Shown piece after piece: positions 33,481 through 43,935 of a stretch of 64,000 bases of DNA. The number at the start of each line of letters is the position of its first letter. The stretch's first letter is position 1. This DNA comes from a virus (taxonomy: Duplodnaviria > Caudoviricetes): the IMG/VR virus record IMGVR_UViG_3300033121_001301, positions 1 through 64,000 of that record, one strand, 5' to 3'. A program made the translations under genes and the position numbers. The notes under the pieces were generated by a model. The model was not told the origin of the DNA and searched no databases. It was given only the letters and a program-made list of their open reading frames with translations.

Positions 33481-35115
33481 TTAAGCTGTTTTTCTGCGGA
33501 AAGGAACCACCAAAGTACCACGATCATCCCTCTCAAAGTTGTGATTATGAACGAAGGTTCCCATCGATCGATCAAGATCAATCTGATTATCCATCACCAC
33601 CATCCGATTGAAACCACCATGAATGAACAGGGTAGACGGAGGTGTTGGCTGGAAGTCACGATGCTTGGAGCAATTGATGAGACAGCAGTTATCATCCTGG
33701 CTACGAGTGCCAAGACAGAAAGTGAACCAACAGTTGTCACCGAAGTCACCAGCTTCTGAAGCATAAGAGTGCGACGGAACCCAAGTAGGAGACTTTCGAT
33801 TAGCATCCGTGTTGAATTGATTGGCAATCCAACCGTGAGCTCTCGGCAGATACGAATTCAACTGCCTGACACACTCGTTGGGCATGCCACCAATGACGTG
33901 CCGCAAGTAATCCAGCTTGCTTCCAACCTGATTCTTGGCAACCAGCTTGGCGTAATCGACATAGTACCCGGCAACCTCAAGACCTTCTTCCTTTTGTGCA
34001 AGAAGAATGTTTTGAATCTCGGGAATGCCACCACAGCCCTTCTTGGGGTTCTCCAAAGAGGGGATCATCTCGCAGACAAAGACGTTGCGAGAAAGGATGG
34101 CATTAGCGTTGGCGTATCGTTCAACCTCTGATGCCAGGTTCTCTCCATAGGGGCCAACACCATCAGGGAAGAAGCGAGTTTCATACTCTGGTCTTTCATC
34201 CCCTGGGCCTGCTAACTGCATCATCGGATCATACTCGTACTTGGTGAGTCGATCCAAAGGTATGTGAGCAAGGTAAGCCATACAACGACGCTGGATGTCT
34301 TCCTTGCATCCCTCGTAGACGAAGTAGTAGTACATACCCATTTTGGTGGCAGCGTTTGGGCCAACCTTGGCAACTTCCTGCTGGTACCTGATCTGCTCTT
34401 GAATGGCAGAAGAGACCATGAGAGTTACCAGGTTCAAAGTCTTACCAACACCGGTTGGCCCCAGAAGTCCGTACACTTTGCCAGGACTAACTCCACCGTT
34501 CAATCGCTCATCGAAGTAATCGATGCCCGTTGGAACAATGTAGTGAACCGGCTTAGACGACTTGTGGTGAGTGGCAGTGTAAAGGTCAGTAACACCCAGA
34601 CCAGAGATTCGAGTTGCTTCATCATGAAGCGACTGGATATTAGCAAGAGTCTCAGTGTTGTTGCCTTGAGTGGCAATAGCAGCAAGCTTCTTAAACACCC
34701 GTCTTTCGAGCAGGAACTTCTGCAGGCAATTCCAGGCCATCTGACGATTCATGGTCTCTTTAGTGAAACCAGTAATAGCCTGATGAAAGAAGCCTCCCTG
34801 AGCCATCATCTGCTGATAAATAGCAGGGTGAGAAGCTTTAATCTCGTTTTCCAGGTAAGCAGCAACTGTCATGTAAACGACATTCTGCAAACCTTCAAGT
34901 GGCAAGCGACCCTGGTTGTCTTCAGCTATCTTGACAATGCATCTCCAGAAGATGGCATACTGAGCTTCTTCCGGTTGAAAGTACTCAGGTAGCAACTTGT
35001 CTTTAGCTGAGTTGAACAAGTCAGGGAAGTGCAACATGGCAGAAAGAAGATAGCTCTTCTCGATGTCTGTCAGGGACTTAACAGCCTGGGCTGGTGGGGC
35101 TTTCTCTGGTCTCAC
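33481..35115 (-). CDS. dnaB: DnaB-like (SF4) replicative helicase
   Basis: Walker A LGPTGVGKT, YYVDYA (Walker B), WIANQFN and DnaB-like N-terminal helices. Confidence 0.88.
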   Translation of the reverse strand: MRPEKAPPAQAVKSLTDIEKSYLLSAMLHFPDLFNSAKDKLLPEYFQPEEAQYAIFWRCIVKIAEDNQGRLPLEGLQNVVYMTVAAYLENEIKASHPAIYQQMMAQGGFFHQAITGFTKETMNRQMAWNCLQKFLLERRVFKKLAAIATQGNNTETLANIQSLHDEATRISGLGVTDLYTATHHKSSKPVHYIVPTGIDYFDERLNGGVSPGKVYGLLGPTGVGKTLNLVTLMVSSAIQEQIRYQQEVAKVGPNAATKMGMYYYFVYEGCKEDIQRRCMAYLAHIPLDRLTKYEYDPMMQLAGPGDERPEYETRFFPDGVGPYGENLASEVERYANANAILSRNVFVCEMIPSLENPKKGCGGIPEIQNILLAQKEEGLEVAGYYVDYAKLVAKNQVGSKLDYLRHVIGGMPNECVRQLNSYLPRAHGWIANQFNTDANRKSPTWVPSHSYASEAGDFGDNCWFTFCLGTRSQDDNCCLINCSKHRDFQPTPPSTLFIHGGFNRMVVMDNQIDLDRSMGTFVHNHNFERDDRGTLVVPFRRKTA

Positions 35116-35762
35116 GATGCTCTCCTCTTCAAACCTAGTTCCTTCAATCGAGCTGGGATGAGCTCACCCCAGGTCTGATCAAATGCTTCTTGCGAAAGTC
35201 GATAATCTTGCACCGCCTGTACTATCCACGGTGACGATTCTCTACCGCATCTCTCAAGAACACAACAACGGAACAACGCTGTGTAATTAGCTGTCACCAT
35301 GGACACCGCATCAGCTTCAATTTGACTGTGCGTAGCGTCCGAAGACATGGAAACGATATCGACAGTTCGCTGCAACCTCTCCACCTGTTGCTTCAAACTG
35401 TCAGCACAAGCTAAAGTACTTGGTTGAAGTCTGTCGTAAGCATGCTGCGTAGTCTTACTAAAGATCTCCTGATGCGGAAAACCTACCGCCTTGCTCATGG
35501 GGGAAACAGCCCTAAATACGGCTTGAATAAGCCGATAAGGCTCAAATTTACCGGTCTTACAATAGAGGTAAAGTTTACCCCAAAAATCAGGTTCACCCCG
35601 TTTTGGTGGTGTGCTCAACAATGCAAGTTTGTTTTGAGCAAACTGCAAGGAAACCGCTTTTCCCCCAGCCTTGCGCTGGAGGAATCGATGATATTCGCGC
35701 GTGTAAGCGTCGATGACGAACGTGCGAAAATCATCTTCACTTTGGAAGATGTCTACACTCAT
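35112..35762 (-). CDS. Hypothetical protein
   Basis: ATG at 35762 overlaps the upstream TGA, and its own stop overlaps the helicase start. Confidence 0.75.
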   Translation of the reverse strand: MSVDIFQSEDDFRTFVIDAYTREYHRFLQRKAGGKAVSLQFAQNKLALLSTPPKRGEPDFWGKLYLYCKTGKFEPYRLIQAVFRAVSPMSKAVGFPHQEIFSKTTQHAYDRLQPSTLACADSLKQQVERLQRTVDIVSMSSDATHSQIEADAVSMVTANYTALFRCCVLERCGRESSPWIVQAVQDYRLSQEAFDQTWGELIPARLKELGLKRRAS

Positions 35763-37237
35763 TGTCGCTCCCATGACAACCAACCTACCTCTTCCCACCC
35801 CTGAGAACGGTAGTTGGTTCGCTGTCGTTGTTCCTTAGAGTACAACGGCTTATTGAACATGTCAAGCAAGGTGTAAAGCCTGCCCATTTCCTTGATCGTT
35901 CCATCCGACTTTATGATTCGACTGGTTCGACCTGGAGCCTGGGTATCTTTGATCACACCTGCTGCAAAAGGATCTGTGCGGAAAACCCCAGCTAAGTCTG
36001 GGAAGTTCACACCAGTGTCCCAGATGCTTGTGACAATGACTTTCTTCAACTTGTTCTTGGAGAAAGCCACACGGAGATTTTGATTTTTTTCTTTTCGATT
36101 TTCACAAGAGTCTGCGGGGATAAGACCCTGACTTGCCCAGTAGCTAGCTTCTTTGATAGTGGTAGCACCAGCACCAAAAGCAACTTTGTACTCGGGAAGA
36201 AACTTAGCCAGGTGCGCTAAGTGCTCAATCGACTGAACAAGAATCAACGTTTGATCAAACTCTGGTATCTGTTTTTTGCAGTACTCAGCGATGAAAGCGT
36301 TCCTTTTCTCGTTTCTCCAAATCCCAAACCTCGCCATTTTGGTAGGGTCAGACTCATCCCCAATTGGATCAAAGTCCATGAAGAAAGGCAGGTAGTTCAC
36401 TTCAATGTTGGCTACCAACCCATGTTCAACACACTTCTGAAAAGGAAACTCTGCTCGGGTTTTACCAAACATGGCTTCCACGCGAATGCTGGAATTATCA
36501 GCTCGATCCCAAGGATTAGCTGAGAACCAGTAACGTCGGGCTTTCTTGTACACAGAGAACTTGGGACAAGCTTTCTCTGTGACCACCTCATGTACTTCGT
36601 CCACCAGAAGAACGTCTGCTTCTCCATCGGACTTGTGAAGAGAACCAGTGGTGTAGATGGTAATTTGCTTGGGCTTATTGGTACCATCACCAACAAAGCC
36701 AACCATGTCTTCACCAAGCTCGCTAATGAGATACTCTTCCAGGGTTCTGCAAACTTCAACAGACTCCGTGGTAATGTCCACACGATAATCGCGGAACAGC
36801 TGACACAGAATGCTGATGATGAAGCTTTTACCGTAACCTGGAGCTGCATCCAAACCACCAAAAGGAAACTTCAATATTTCCTGCAGGTGCTCCAACTGCG
36901 GATACCTGAATTTAGTGGAGGTGGAAAGATTTTTCCAGTTGGGTGCAGCGGAGCTGAAACCGTGGAAGGTGAACTGATGCTGCAGATCGAACTTGCTGAG
37001 AAGTTTACTCAGCAAGTCCATAAAGCCAGCGGGAATGGCAATGAAACCACCCTCTTGCTTGAAGAAGGTCTTTTTCACTATCTCATTCCCGCTGGATTGA
37101 CCAAACTTCGCCCAAGCTTCCTTGCCGCGAAGATACTTTCGATGCTTGTAACTGACCAGGGCTTCAAGCTCATCCGACACTACTTGAGGCAATGGCGGAA
37201 TGAGCATGACGCGACTGTTGATCTGAATGTTGAGCAT
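35759..37237 (-). CDS. Superfamily 2 helicase (UvsW/XPB-like)
   Basis: AAPGYGKS, LVDEVHE, SANPWDR, WDTGVNFP, QAPGRTSR. Start at ATG 37237 after GGAG. Confidence 0.9.
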   Translation of the reverse strand: MLNIQINSRVMLIPPLPQVVSDELEALVSYKHRKYLRGKEAWAKFGQSSGNEIVKKTFFKQEGGFIAIPAGFMDLLSKLLSKFDLQHQFTFHGFSSAAPNWKNLSTSTKFRYPQLEHLQEILKFPFGGLDAAPGYGKSFIISILCQLFRDYRVDITTESVEVCRTLEEYLISELGEDMVGFVGDGTNKPKQITIYTTGSLHKSDGEADVLLVDEVHEVVTEKACPKFSVYKKARRYWFSANPWDRADNSSIRVEAMFGKTRAEFPFQKCVEHGLVANIEVNYLPFFMDFDPIGDESDPTKMARFGIWRNEKRNAFIAEYCKKQIPEFDQTLILVQSIEHLAHLAKFLPEYKVAFGAGATTIKEASYWASQGLIPADSCENRKEKNQNLRVAFSKNKLKKVIVTSIWDTGVNFPDLAGVFRTDPFAAGVIKDTQAPGRTSRIIKSDGTIKEMGRLYTLLDMFNKPLYSKEQRQRTNYRSQGWEEVGWLSWERQ

Positions 37238-37239
37238 TG

Positions 37240-39372
37240 CTACTCCAAAGAGATGACGTTGTCGAATAGAGGCAGCAGGCTTTTTTCGTGAGTGATAACA
37301 ATCACTTGAATACCCTGCTCGATCGAAAGCTTCTTGAGATACTCGAGAGCTATCCCAACACACTTCATGTCGTCTGGACCAAAGCCATAGGTAGGCTCGT
37401 CCAGAGCAAAGAAACCGAGCTCTTGTGCCCAAATGGATTGAGCAGCTATCTGTAGTGCCAGACCAAACTGAGCACTTTCACCACCAGAAAGTCGTTCGTC
37501 TGGTTGAATGCCTTTGAAAGAATTGTCGAAGAAGGTGGCAGAGAAAGTGCCGTCTTCTTTAGACAATACTCGATAGTTGGCACTGAACTCTTGCAGCACT
37601 TCGTTCATGCGAATCGCTATGGCTTTCAACGATTCTTTGGCCAAGTGTGCTGGAAGGTTATCCTGATGAAGAACGTCTCGGGCTGAAATGATATCAGTTC
37701 GGAACTTCCTCGACTTGAGAACCTTCTCCATCTTCACCTTGAAGTCAGCCATGCGAGCTTGTTCAGCCTCCAGCTGCTTCTCCAGTACAGCAATGGAGCC
37801 GAGATACCTGTTGTTGTTGGTGACTACATTCTCATACTGAATCACCTTGGTAGACGCTGCCTGCACCTCAGCCTGGGTAAAGGAAGCTGATCGAACCTGA
37901 GATTGAAGCTCAATCACCTTGCCTTGAAGAGTCTCTACAAGAGCTTCACAGGTAGTCACCTGAGCTGTCTTGGTCTTTAACAGGTTGTTCTGCAGCGAAG
38001 TGTTGTGAGCGAAGTTCTTCATAAAGAAGTCTTCCTCAGTGTTGAGGCCCATTAACTCAACATCAGGGTAAGTGTCCATATCAGCTGGATAAGTAGCCAG
38101 CATTTCCCTGTACTGCTTCAACAACTGTTGGTTGTTACTGACAGTCACTTTCGCAGCTTCATACATCTGCCAGAAAGAGATGGACTGCGTTAGTTTGGAA
38201 GCTTCGCCCTGAATGTAAGCTCGTAGAGTGTCTATCTTTGAAAGATCGTTAAAGATCGTCGAAGACACTTCCTGCATACAAGTGGGACACACCTGCTTGC
38301 CGGTGTTAGCTACCAGCTTGCTGCTCAACTGCTTCAAGTGCTCGAGAACAGCCAGCTCCCGTTTAGCAGCTTCCACTTCTGGGGAAGGCTTCAAATTCTC
38401 CTGCGAATAAACACCAGGAGGAACCGCTGGCAAGGCAAGGTTACTTTCCAACTGAGTGATGTACTGCTTGGTAGCTTGCCAATTCCTCTTGGCAGACACC
38501 TGCAGCTTCACTTGAGAAATCAGCTGCAACTTCTGATTCAATGCCGCATATTGCTGTTCATGTGATACGAGAGCAGCTGAAATAGTAGTGACATCAAGCT
38601 TGGCAGATGTTAGTGCCTGAAGATTGCTATCTCGAGCAGCAATCGATCGATGGAGATCTTCGTTGAACTTCGTCAGCTGCGCGTGGTCACTCAAGAGCTT
38701 TTTGGCGTTGTTGTAAGTGTCAACGTCTTCTTGAGTTATCTCAATCACAGCCTGCTGAGTAGACTCCAACTGCACACGGATCTTCTTGATAGCGTCAGCA
38801 ATGACTTCTTCAGAATCAAGAACTTCCACGGCTGGCAGCTGGGTGACGTACTGTCCAAGCCAGGTGTGAAGCTTGGAGAACTTACCCATGCCACTCAGCT
38901 TCTGCATAGCAATAACGCGATCAGCTGGATCGAGATTGAGAATGGCTGCTAGCTTGCCCTGGTTAACCACCACGAACTCATCAAAGAGTAGTGGGTCAAC
39001 TCCGAGTCTCTCTCGAAGCATTTCAGTCACTTCTTTGTCAGCAGTTACTACAGGCTCTTCTCCCCACTGCAACGTGCGTTTAGAGGAGCTCAGATACCGA
39101 CACAGGGAGAAAGCATCTGCTTTGTGCTGTCCCACCAGAGTGACCGAGGAGACTGCGCCTCTACTAGGATTGCTGGTCATCGAATAAGTGATATCAGCTT
39201 CCTTCTTGCCAGCGTTACCACTCGCACCAGTAAAAACAAATCGAACACCTTTGAGGATGTTCGATTTACCTGAACCGATGGGGCCAACAATGGCGTTCAA
39301 TCCCGGTTTGAATTTAACTGTCAGATCGCGATGCTGACAGTAATTCAAAAAGTGCATCTCATGAATTAACAA
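37240..39372 (-). CDS. sbcC: SbcC/Rad50-like ABC ATPase
   Basis: GPIGSGKS, Q-loop VNQG, zinc hook CPTC, signature LSGGE, ALDEPT, ITH, coiled coils. Confidence 0.95.
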   Translation of the reverse strand: MLIHEMHFLNYCQHRDLTVKFKPGLNAIVGPIGSGKSNILKGVRFVFTGASGNAGKKEADITYSMTSNPSRGAVSSVTLVGQHKADAFSLCRYLSSSKRTLQWGEEPVVTADKEVTEMLRERLGVDPLLFDEFVVVNQGKLAAILNLDPADRVIAMQKLSGMGKFSKLHTWLGQYVTQLPAVEVLDSEEVIADAIKKIRVQLESTQQAVIEITQEDVDTYNNAKKLLSDHAQLTKFNEDLHRSIAARDSNLQALTSAKLDVTTISAALVSHEQQYAALNQKLQLISQVKLQVSAKRNWQATKQYITQLESNLALPAVPPGVYSQENLKPSPEVEAAKRELAVLEHLKQLSSKLVANTGKQVCPTCMQEVSSTIFNDLSKIDTLRAYIQGEASKLTQSISFWQMYEAAKVTVSNNQQLLKQYREMLATYPADMDTYPDVELMGLNTEEDFFMKNFAHNTSLQNNLLKTKTAQVTTCEALVETLQGKVIELQSQVRSASFTQAEVQAASTKVIQYENVVTNNNRYLGSIAVLEKQLEAEQARMADFKVKMEKVLKSRKFRTDIISARDVLHQDNLPAHLAKESLKAIAIRMNEVLQEFSANYRVLSKEDGTFSATFFDNSFKGIQPDERLSGGESAQFGLALQIAAQSIWAQELGFFALDEPTYGFGPDDMKCVGIALEYLKKLSIEQGIQVIVITHEKSLLPLFDNVISLE

Positions 39373-39374
39373 CG

Positions 39375-40520
39375 CTAGACTCCTTGGGAAGCACGAAGCT
39401 GATTGAGCTTTGCTTCCAGATCTTTGGGATTTGTGGAAATCAGAACCTGGTCAACAATGTCTCGCACCAGCTTGCCCTGACTTGTAGCTTCATGCTTGTT
39501 CAAGTACTCAGTCACACTGTTGGACAACTGCTGAGCGCCAGGTCCGTAGATGCTCTCAAATGAAAAAGCCTCGCTCTCACTTTGAACATAAGGGTCAGCA
39601 AACAAGTGAAACCGACCTTCACCATACTCTTCGAGAGTCTGCTGCAGACCGGGAATCCTCGAGTTGTAGCTGACTTTCAGCAAAGCAATGTTGATGTCAG
39701 CTGGGTCATAGTACTTCGGCAATTGGCTGAGATGGGCCATTTGCAGATCAAGCTCTTCTTCATTGCGGATAGTTGTCTGAAACACTTTGCGGCAAGGTAG
39801 AGGAACAGACACCACAGAATTGTCTCTCAGATCCAGAACCAGAAAACGTGGCTCTGCTTCTTCTCGCCAAGCCTGCATGAAGAAGGGTCCAACTGAGAAG
39901 AACTGCCTGCCGTCTGGAAGGAACAGATCTTTCTTCAGATGCATATCACCCGAGAACAACCTCTGGATGTTGCCAGGTAACTGCATGAGATCCAGATTAC
40001 CAACACCCATGGGTACCCAGGGCTTCCACAACTGGTGAGTGAACAAGTTGTAGGAGATGTCTTCATCTAGCCCACCGATGAAAGACTGCAGCTCTTCAGG
40101 TGAAGTGTTGTCAATCGCGGCAAAGCACTGATCACCGATGTAGAAAGTCTTCCTGTCGATGTGGATAGTTCTTTTGTCAATCGCAGAAAGCCACGGAGTG
40201 CCTGGACATCGACTCGACTTTTCATGCTGCCCCTGGATGTACAGGTAGTGCTTGCAGACTGATAGGTGCTTTTCAAAGTAATTCTTAAGCCACAACACTC
40301 GGTCAGGCTGAGGATCCGATGTGTCAATCGTGTCTCCACCGGAGATGTGTATCACGTTTTCGTGTTGGTTCAACTCATCGCAGTACTGTGTAACAAACTC
40401 CGCAGCTCTCTCAGTGTCACCCCTAATCAGCGGTCTCTTTGCCCACGGACCTCGCAGCAGGTGTGGCTGGTGATGTTCATCCGAAGTAATCACCACGTAT
40501 CGAATGTCGTCAAACTGCAT
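39375..40520 (-). CDS. sbcD: SbcD/Mre11-like metallophosphoesterase nuclease
   Basis: SDEH, GGDTID, QGQHE and SGDMH motifs, adjacent to SbcC. Start at ATG 40520. Confidence 0.88.
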   Translation of the reverse strand: MQFDDIRYVVITSDEHHQPHLLRGPWAKRPLIRGDTERAAEFVTQYCDELNQHENVIHISGGDTIDTSDPQPDRVLWLKNYFEKHLSVCKHYLYIQGQHEKSSRCPGTPWLSAIDKRTIHIDRKTFYIGDQCFAAIDNTSPEELQSFIGGLDEDISYNLFTHQLWKPWVPMGVGNLDLMQLPGNIQRLFSGDMHLKKDLFLPDGRQFFSVGPFFMQAWREEAEPRFLVLDLRDNSVVSVPLPCRKVFQTTIRNEEELDLQMAHLSQLPKYYDPADINIALLKVSYNSRIPGLQQTLEEYGEGRFHLFADPYVQSESEAFSFESIYGPGAQQLSNSVTEYLNKHEATSQGKLVRDIVDQVLISTNPKDLEAKLNQLRASQGV

Positions 40521-40524
40521 CCTG

Positions 40525-41136
40525 TTACTCCTGATTGATAAAGACGTAATGGGTGGGTTCAGCCTTGGGATCCATCTTGTCGTTGGAAAACAAACCGTAA
40601 GTTCCAATGATGCTACTACGCTTCACAGGAATGCCGGTAGTGTTGAGCATATCGCCATTTCGAGTCAGGTAATATTCGACACCAACATAGTCGTCGGCTT
40701 TTGCTATCTCAAAACAAAACACTGTACCGTCACGGAAAGGAACAGAGAATCGAAACAGCTGCTTGCCAGTGGAAAAATCAAAAGGCTTTCCATCAGTCAA
40801 AGTTCCAAACATGGGATGAGTCCCATTGAGCATTGAATCAAGCTCTTTGACAGTCGCTGCAGTGAGAAAAATAGTGGCACTGTGAGTTGGGTAATCCAAA
40901 AGCATTTGCAGCTTGTACTCAACCTTGCCATCTTTTGAGACATTCGAACCAGGTATGGAAGCTTTCGTCTTGATGGGGCCAAGAACAGCATCAAGGTACA
41001 CATCGACTGGCTGACTGAGACCATTCAGGATATCACCCAACTGTGCGTACAAGGCTAAACATGCCTTCTTGTAATCACCTCCTCTCACTTCAACTTCCTG
41101 ACAGAATTGGTTAAACCGCTCGATCACTGAACTCAT
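40525..41136 (-). CDS. Hypothetical protein
   Basis: Likely ATG at 41136 after GGAG. Confidence 0.75.
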   Translation of the reverse strand: MSSVIERFNQFCQEVEVRGGDYKKACLALYAQLGDILNGLSQPVDVYLDAVLGPIKTKASIPGSNVSKDGKVEYKLQMLLDYPTHSATIFLTAATVKELDSMLNGTHPMFGTLTDGKPFDFSTGKQLFRFSVPFRDGTVFCFEIAKADDYVGVEYYLTRNGDMLNTTGIPVKRSSIIGTYGLFSNDKMDPKAEPTHYVFINQE

Positions 41137-41268
41137 GGAGAACTCCAAATAGAAAAACCGAGAGTAGCTGTCCAACTACTCTCGGTCTTAGGGTGGGTGT
41201 GCGACTGACCATGGAAGCCTGACGAACATCAGCGGCACAGTGTAATCATAGAGCCAAAAACAGCGTAT

Positions 41269-42378
41269 TCAACCGGTAGATTGAGGAATTTCTGCTGCTG
41301 TTGACTCCAGTTGAAGACGCTTGAACTTGGTGACGTAGTGATTGGTATTCAGCCTTTTGCGCTTGAGGAAAAAGGTTTCAATCGACCGCTCCCAGCGCAC
41401 CTTGGAAAAAGACATGGAGCGAGTGAGACGGAGTTTCATACTGGTGAAACTGTGCAGAACATCTGGCTCTTCTGCGTGTTTGAAAAACAGATAGTAGCCA
41501 AACGAAAAAGCTTTAGCGAATAAGTGCGCGGAGTTTCTCACCCTGTCGAGTGGCCTGGTTTTACTCCTAGTAACTTTTGCCACGTCTGCCGCAATACCCC
41601 TGAAAACTCGCTTCTTAAAAGCCTTCGTGTCCAACACCGGGGTATGCGCCAACAGAATAGAGCAGCGGAAAAGAAAGCCTTTTTTCTTATCCTTGACCCG
41701 ATAAATACGAGTGTTGTAAAGTTGTCCAAACACTTCCGCATCTACTTTGATTCTAGCTTTGACCAGCTTCAAAACAGATCGAAGGGTCTCTTCAGTAGTT
41801 GTGACTGCATCAAAATCTAAGTGATACACGGTTCCCAACAACGGCAGTAAGTGCTTCTTTCCGAAGGCTAGTGCAATGTTGTACACACGCTTGTGCATTC
41901 TAACTGCGGCACGAAAACGACAGTACTTGCAATCAACAGCCCCGCACCTTCTGAACTTGAAAGGCTGCTCAGCTACATTAAGTAGCCTGGAACGACACAT
42001 AGGTGGAGGGCAATTATATCGACGCTCGTACCCACGAAAACCAATGTCGAAAGCAGCTACAGCTGAAGAATCAACATCGCGACGAAGCTCCATAGTGCTT
42101 CGAGACCAGCTCTTAAGCCAAGTTCGATAGCTGTTAGAAAGAGACAGCGCAGCGAAAGAGCAGAAATCGACTAAGCCAAAACGACGAGCTGCGAGCAAAG
42201 TCTTGTCTTGCAGAAACTCAGGCGAGTCTTTATTAGTCAGTTTGCCTTTGTGCCTCAACCACACCTGGTAAATACCAGGAAACATGCCGCGAGCCAGAGT
42301 GAAAAAGATTCGATCAAGGAATCTCAGGTTGTGTGGGTCAGATGGGACAAGCTTGTAGACAGCTTTGAACATAAGCAC
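41269..42378 (-). CDS. Basic nucleic-acid-binding protein with Cys cluster, possibly a degenerate Rep-like protein
   Basis: 369 aa, very K/R-rich, containing CGAVDCKYC. Lies directly below the AT-rich hairpin region. Confidence 0.7.
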   Translation of the reverse strand: MLMFKAVYKLVPSDPHNLRFLDRIFFTLARGMFPGIYQVWLRHKGKLTNKDSPEFLQDKTLLAARRFGLVDFCSFAALSLSNSYRTWLKSWSRSTMELRRDVDSSAVAAFDIGFRGYERRYNCPPPMCRSRLLNVAEQPFKFRRCGAVDCKYCRFRAAVRMHKRVYNIALAFGKKHLLPLLGTVYHLDFDAVTTTEETLRSVLKLVKARIKVDAEVFGQLYNTRIYRVKDKKKGFLFRCSILLAHTPVLDTKAFKKRVFRGIAADVAKVTRSKTRPLDRVRNSAHLFAKAFSFGYYLFFKHAEEPDVLHSFTSMKLRLTRSMSFSKVRWERSIETFFLKRKRLNTNHYVTKFKRLQLESTAAEIPQSTG

Positions 42379-42384
42379 CTAAAA

Positions 42385-42700
42385 AAGTAGCTTGCAAAGC
42401 TTTCGATTGAAGCCAATTTGCAAGACAGATGACTTAAATGGCCACTTAACATTCTCAGAGAAGTCTGATTAAAGACTTCTGAGAAATAAGGTAAAACTTT
42501 TTTCAGAACAAGGTAGTTAATATTCAATTAAGGTGTTGAGAGTCTTCAGACTCATCTCAACGTAAAAATTTCTTAATTGACCTGCGACCCTTAAATCCCT
42601 GGATATCTATCATAACTCTATCATAATCTCTCTGAAGCCTGTTTTTAACACAACGTCTATAAAATTACTTATGTGGCTATGAAAATAGACTCCGTTCTCA
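42385..42700. other. AT-rich multi-hairpin intergenic region; candidate replication origin or regulatory hub
   Basis: Hairpins at 42391-42424, 42452-42485 and 42524-42580, and direct repeat CTATCATAA x2 (42607, 42618). Confidence 0.45.
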
Positions 42701-42813
42701 AGAAGGCCATTCCCGGCCCTTCTGAATCCTCGACGACCCAATCCACGAAAAACGTACCGAGCCTGTCACAGTGAAGGCGTGGGGAGCTGGAATGAGGCTT
42801 CTGAGTTGTTGTC

Positions 42814-43332
42814 TTACTCTTCGTCTGACTCGGTCCCGAGATCCTCTGGATCGAGGATACTTCGGCGGGCTTGAACAAATGAAAGCGTCTTGGTCTGGTT
42901 GTTGGAGAACCAGGAGAACCCACACTCATTGCAGGCTAGCTTCCAGATAGGCTTGTCAACCTGGGGCAGGACGTTGACTACGTCTCCAGGGTTGTTGCAG
43001 CGCGGGCAGGACTTGTTGCGAAGAAGATCTGCAAAGGTCTCTTCCGGTAACGGCTTTTCGTAAATCAGCGGTCCCAGATAAAGCTCAGATGCCAGCATCA
43101 TCATTTCAGCAATGACGCTGGTCATCTCTTTGCAGATTTCGTTCGGCTTCTTCTTCCTGACGGAATCTATGAATTTCCGCCAGTGTGCTTCCAGGGTGTA
43201 CCACTCCCGGTTGAGATCAATCATGATCTCACGGAGCGGTCTATTGGTAGTTTTGCTGGAAGCCTTTTTGGCGATGAGTTGTTTGGTAACGGCGATCAAG
43301 ATCTGATTGATCTTAGGCTTCGGAACTGCCAT
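42814..43332 (-). CDS. Protein with C-terminal zinc ribbon
   Basis: CPRC-x19-CNECGFSWF. Confidence 0.75.
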   Translation of the reverse strand: MAVPKPKINQILIAVTKQLIAKKASSKTTNRPLREIMIDLNREWYTLEAHWRKFIDSVRKKKPNEICKEMTSVIAEMMMLASELYLGPLIYEKPLPEETFADLLRNKSCPRCNNPGDVVNVLPQVDKPIWKLACNECGFSWFSNNQTKTLSFVQARRSILDPEDLGTESDEE

Positions 43333-43370
43333 TGAGTGTCGCCCTTACCTTGGAACTCCACTTCAGGTTT

Positions 43371-43751
43371 CTACTTTTCCTGCCCGAGAAAGTGACACAA
43401 GACGTAGAAATAGCCAAGTCCTGATAGTGCTATCAAACACGATACTTCAATTCTGGGCCAAAACAAGATGTTTTGGTAAAGAGGAATCAACCTGTAAGCC
43501 AGTAAAGAGAAGACTATCGCGTAGACATAAGTACCAAAACAGTACTTGCAACTCAGAACAGCTGAGAAGAATCCAGCGGAGAAAACCCCAGCATCCCTGT
43601 GGGCTTCCATTCTCGCTCGGAGTGGGGACATCAAGGTGGATATCGCCACCAGGTAGGCCATGGTCAAAGCACAGCCGGTGGCAATGAAACTGCACACCAA
43701 CGCCCACGTCACTATCTCAGTCATGAATAAATCTCTGTTGAAGCAGAACAT
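43371..43751 (-). CDS. Small membrane protein (DUF1360-like)
   Basis: Three hydrophobic segments with LSCKYCFGTYV. The likely start is near 43724. Confidence 0.7.
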   Translation of the reverse strand: MFCFNRDLFMTEIVTWALVCSFIATGCALTMAYLVAISTLMSPLRARMEAHRDAGVFSAGFFSAVLSCKYCFGTYVYAIVFSLLAYRLIPLYQNILFWPRIEVSCLIALSGLGYFYVLCHFLGQEK

Positions 43752-43935
43752 TCACATTGTTAATGTAATAGTTGTTCTGGATGTAAGTCACAGAGTGGTT
43801 TCTAGTTACGTTTGGCGGATTCTGCTTTGCCTCTTTTCTGTCTTCTCGCTTTCTTGGCAGCTGCTTACTCTCCGCAAACGTCTTGAACCGATGCAGCGCC
43901 TGGGTTGATAACTCTTGCACAAGTGATCCCAACAT
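43717..43935 (-). CDS. Small hypothetical protein
   Basis: GGAG then ATG at 43935, head-to-head with the terminase start. Confidence 0.5.
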   Translation of the reverse strand: MLGSLVQELSTQALHRFKTFAESKQLPRKREDRKEAKQNPPNVTRNHSVTYIQNNYYINNVNVLLQQRFIHD

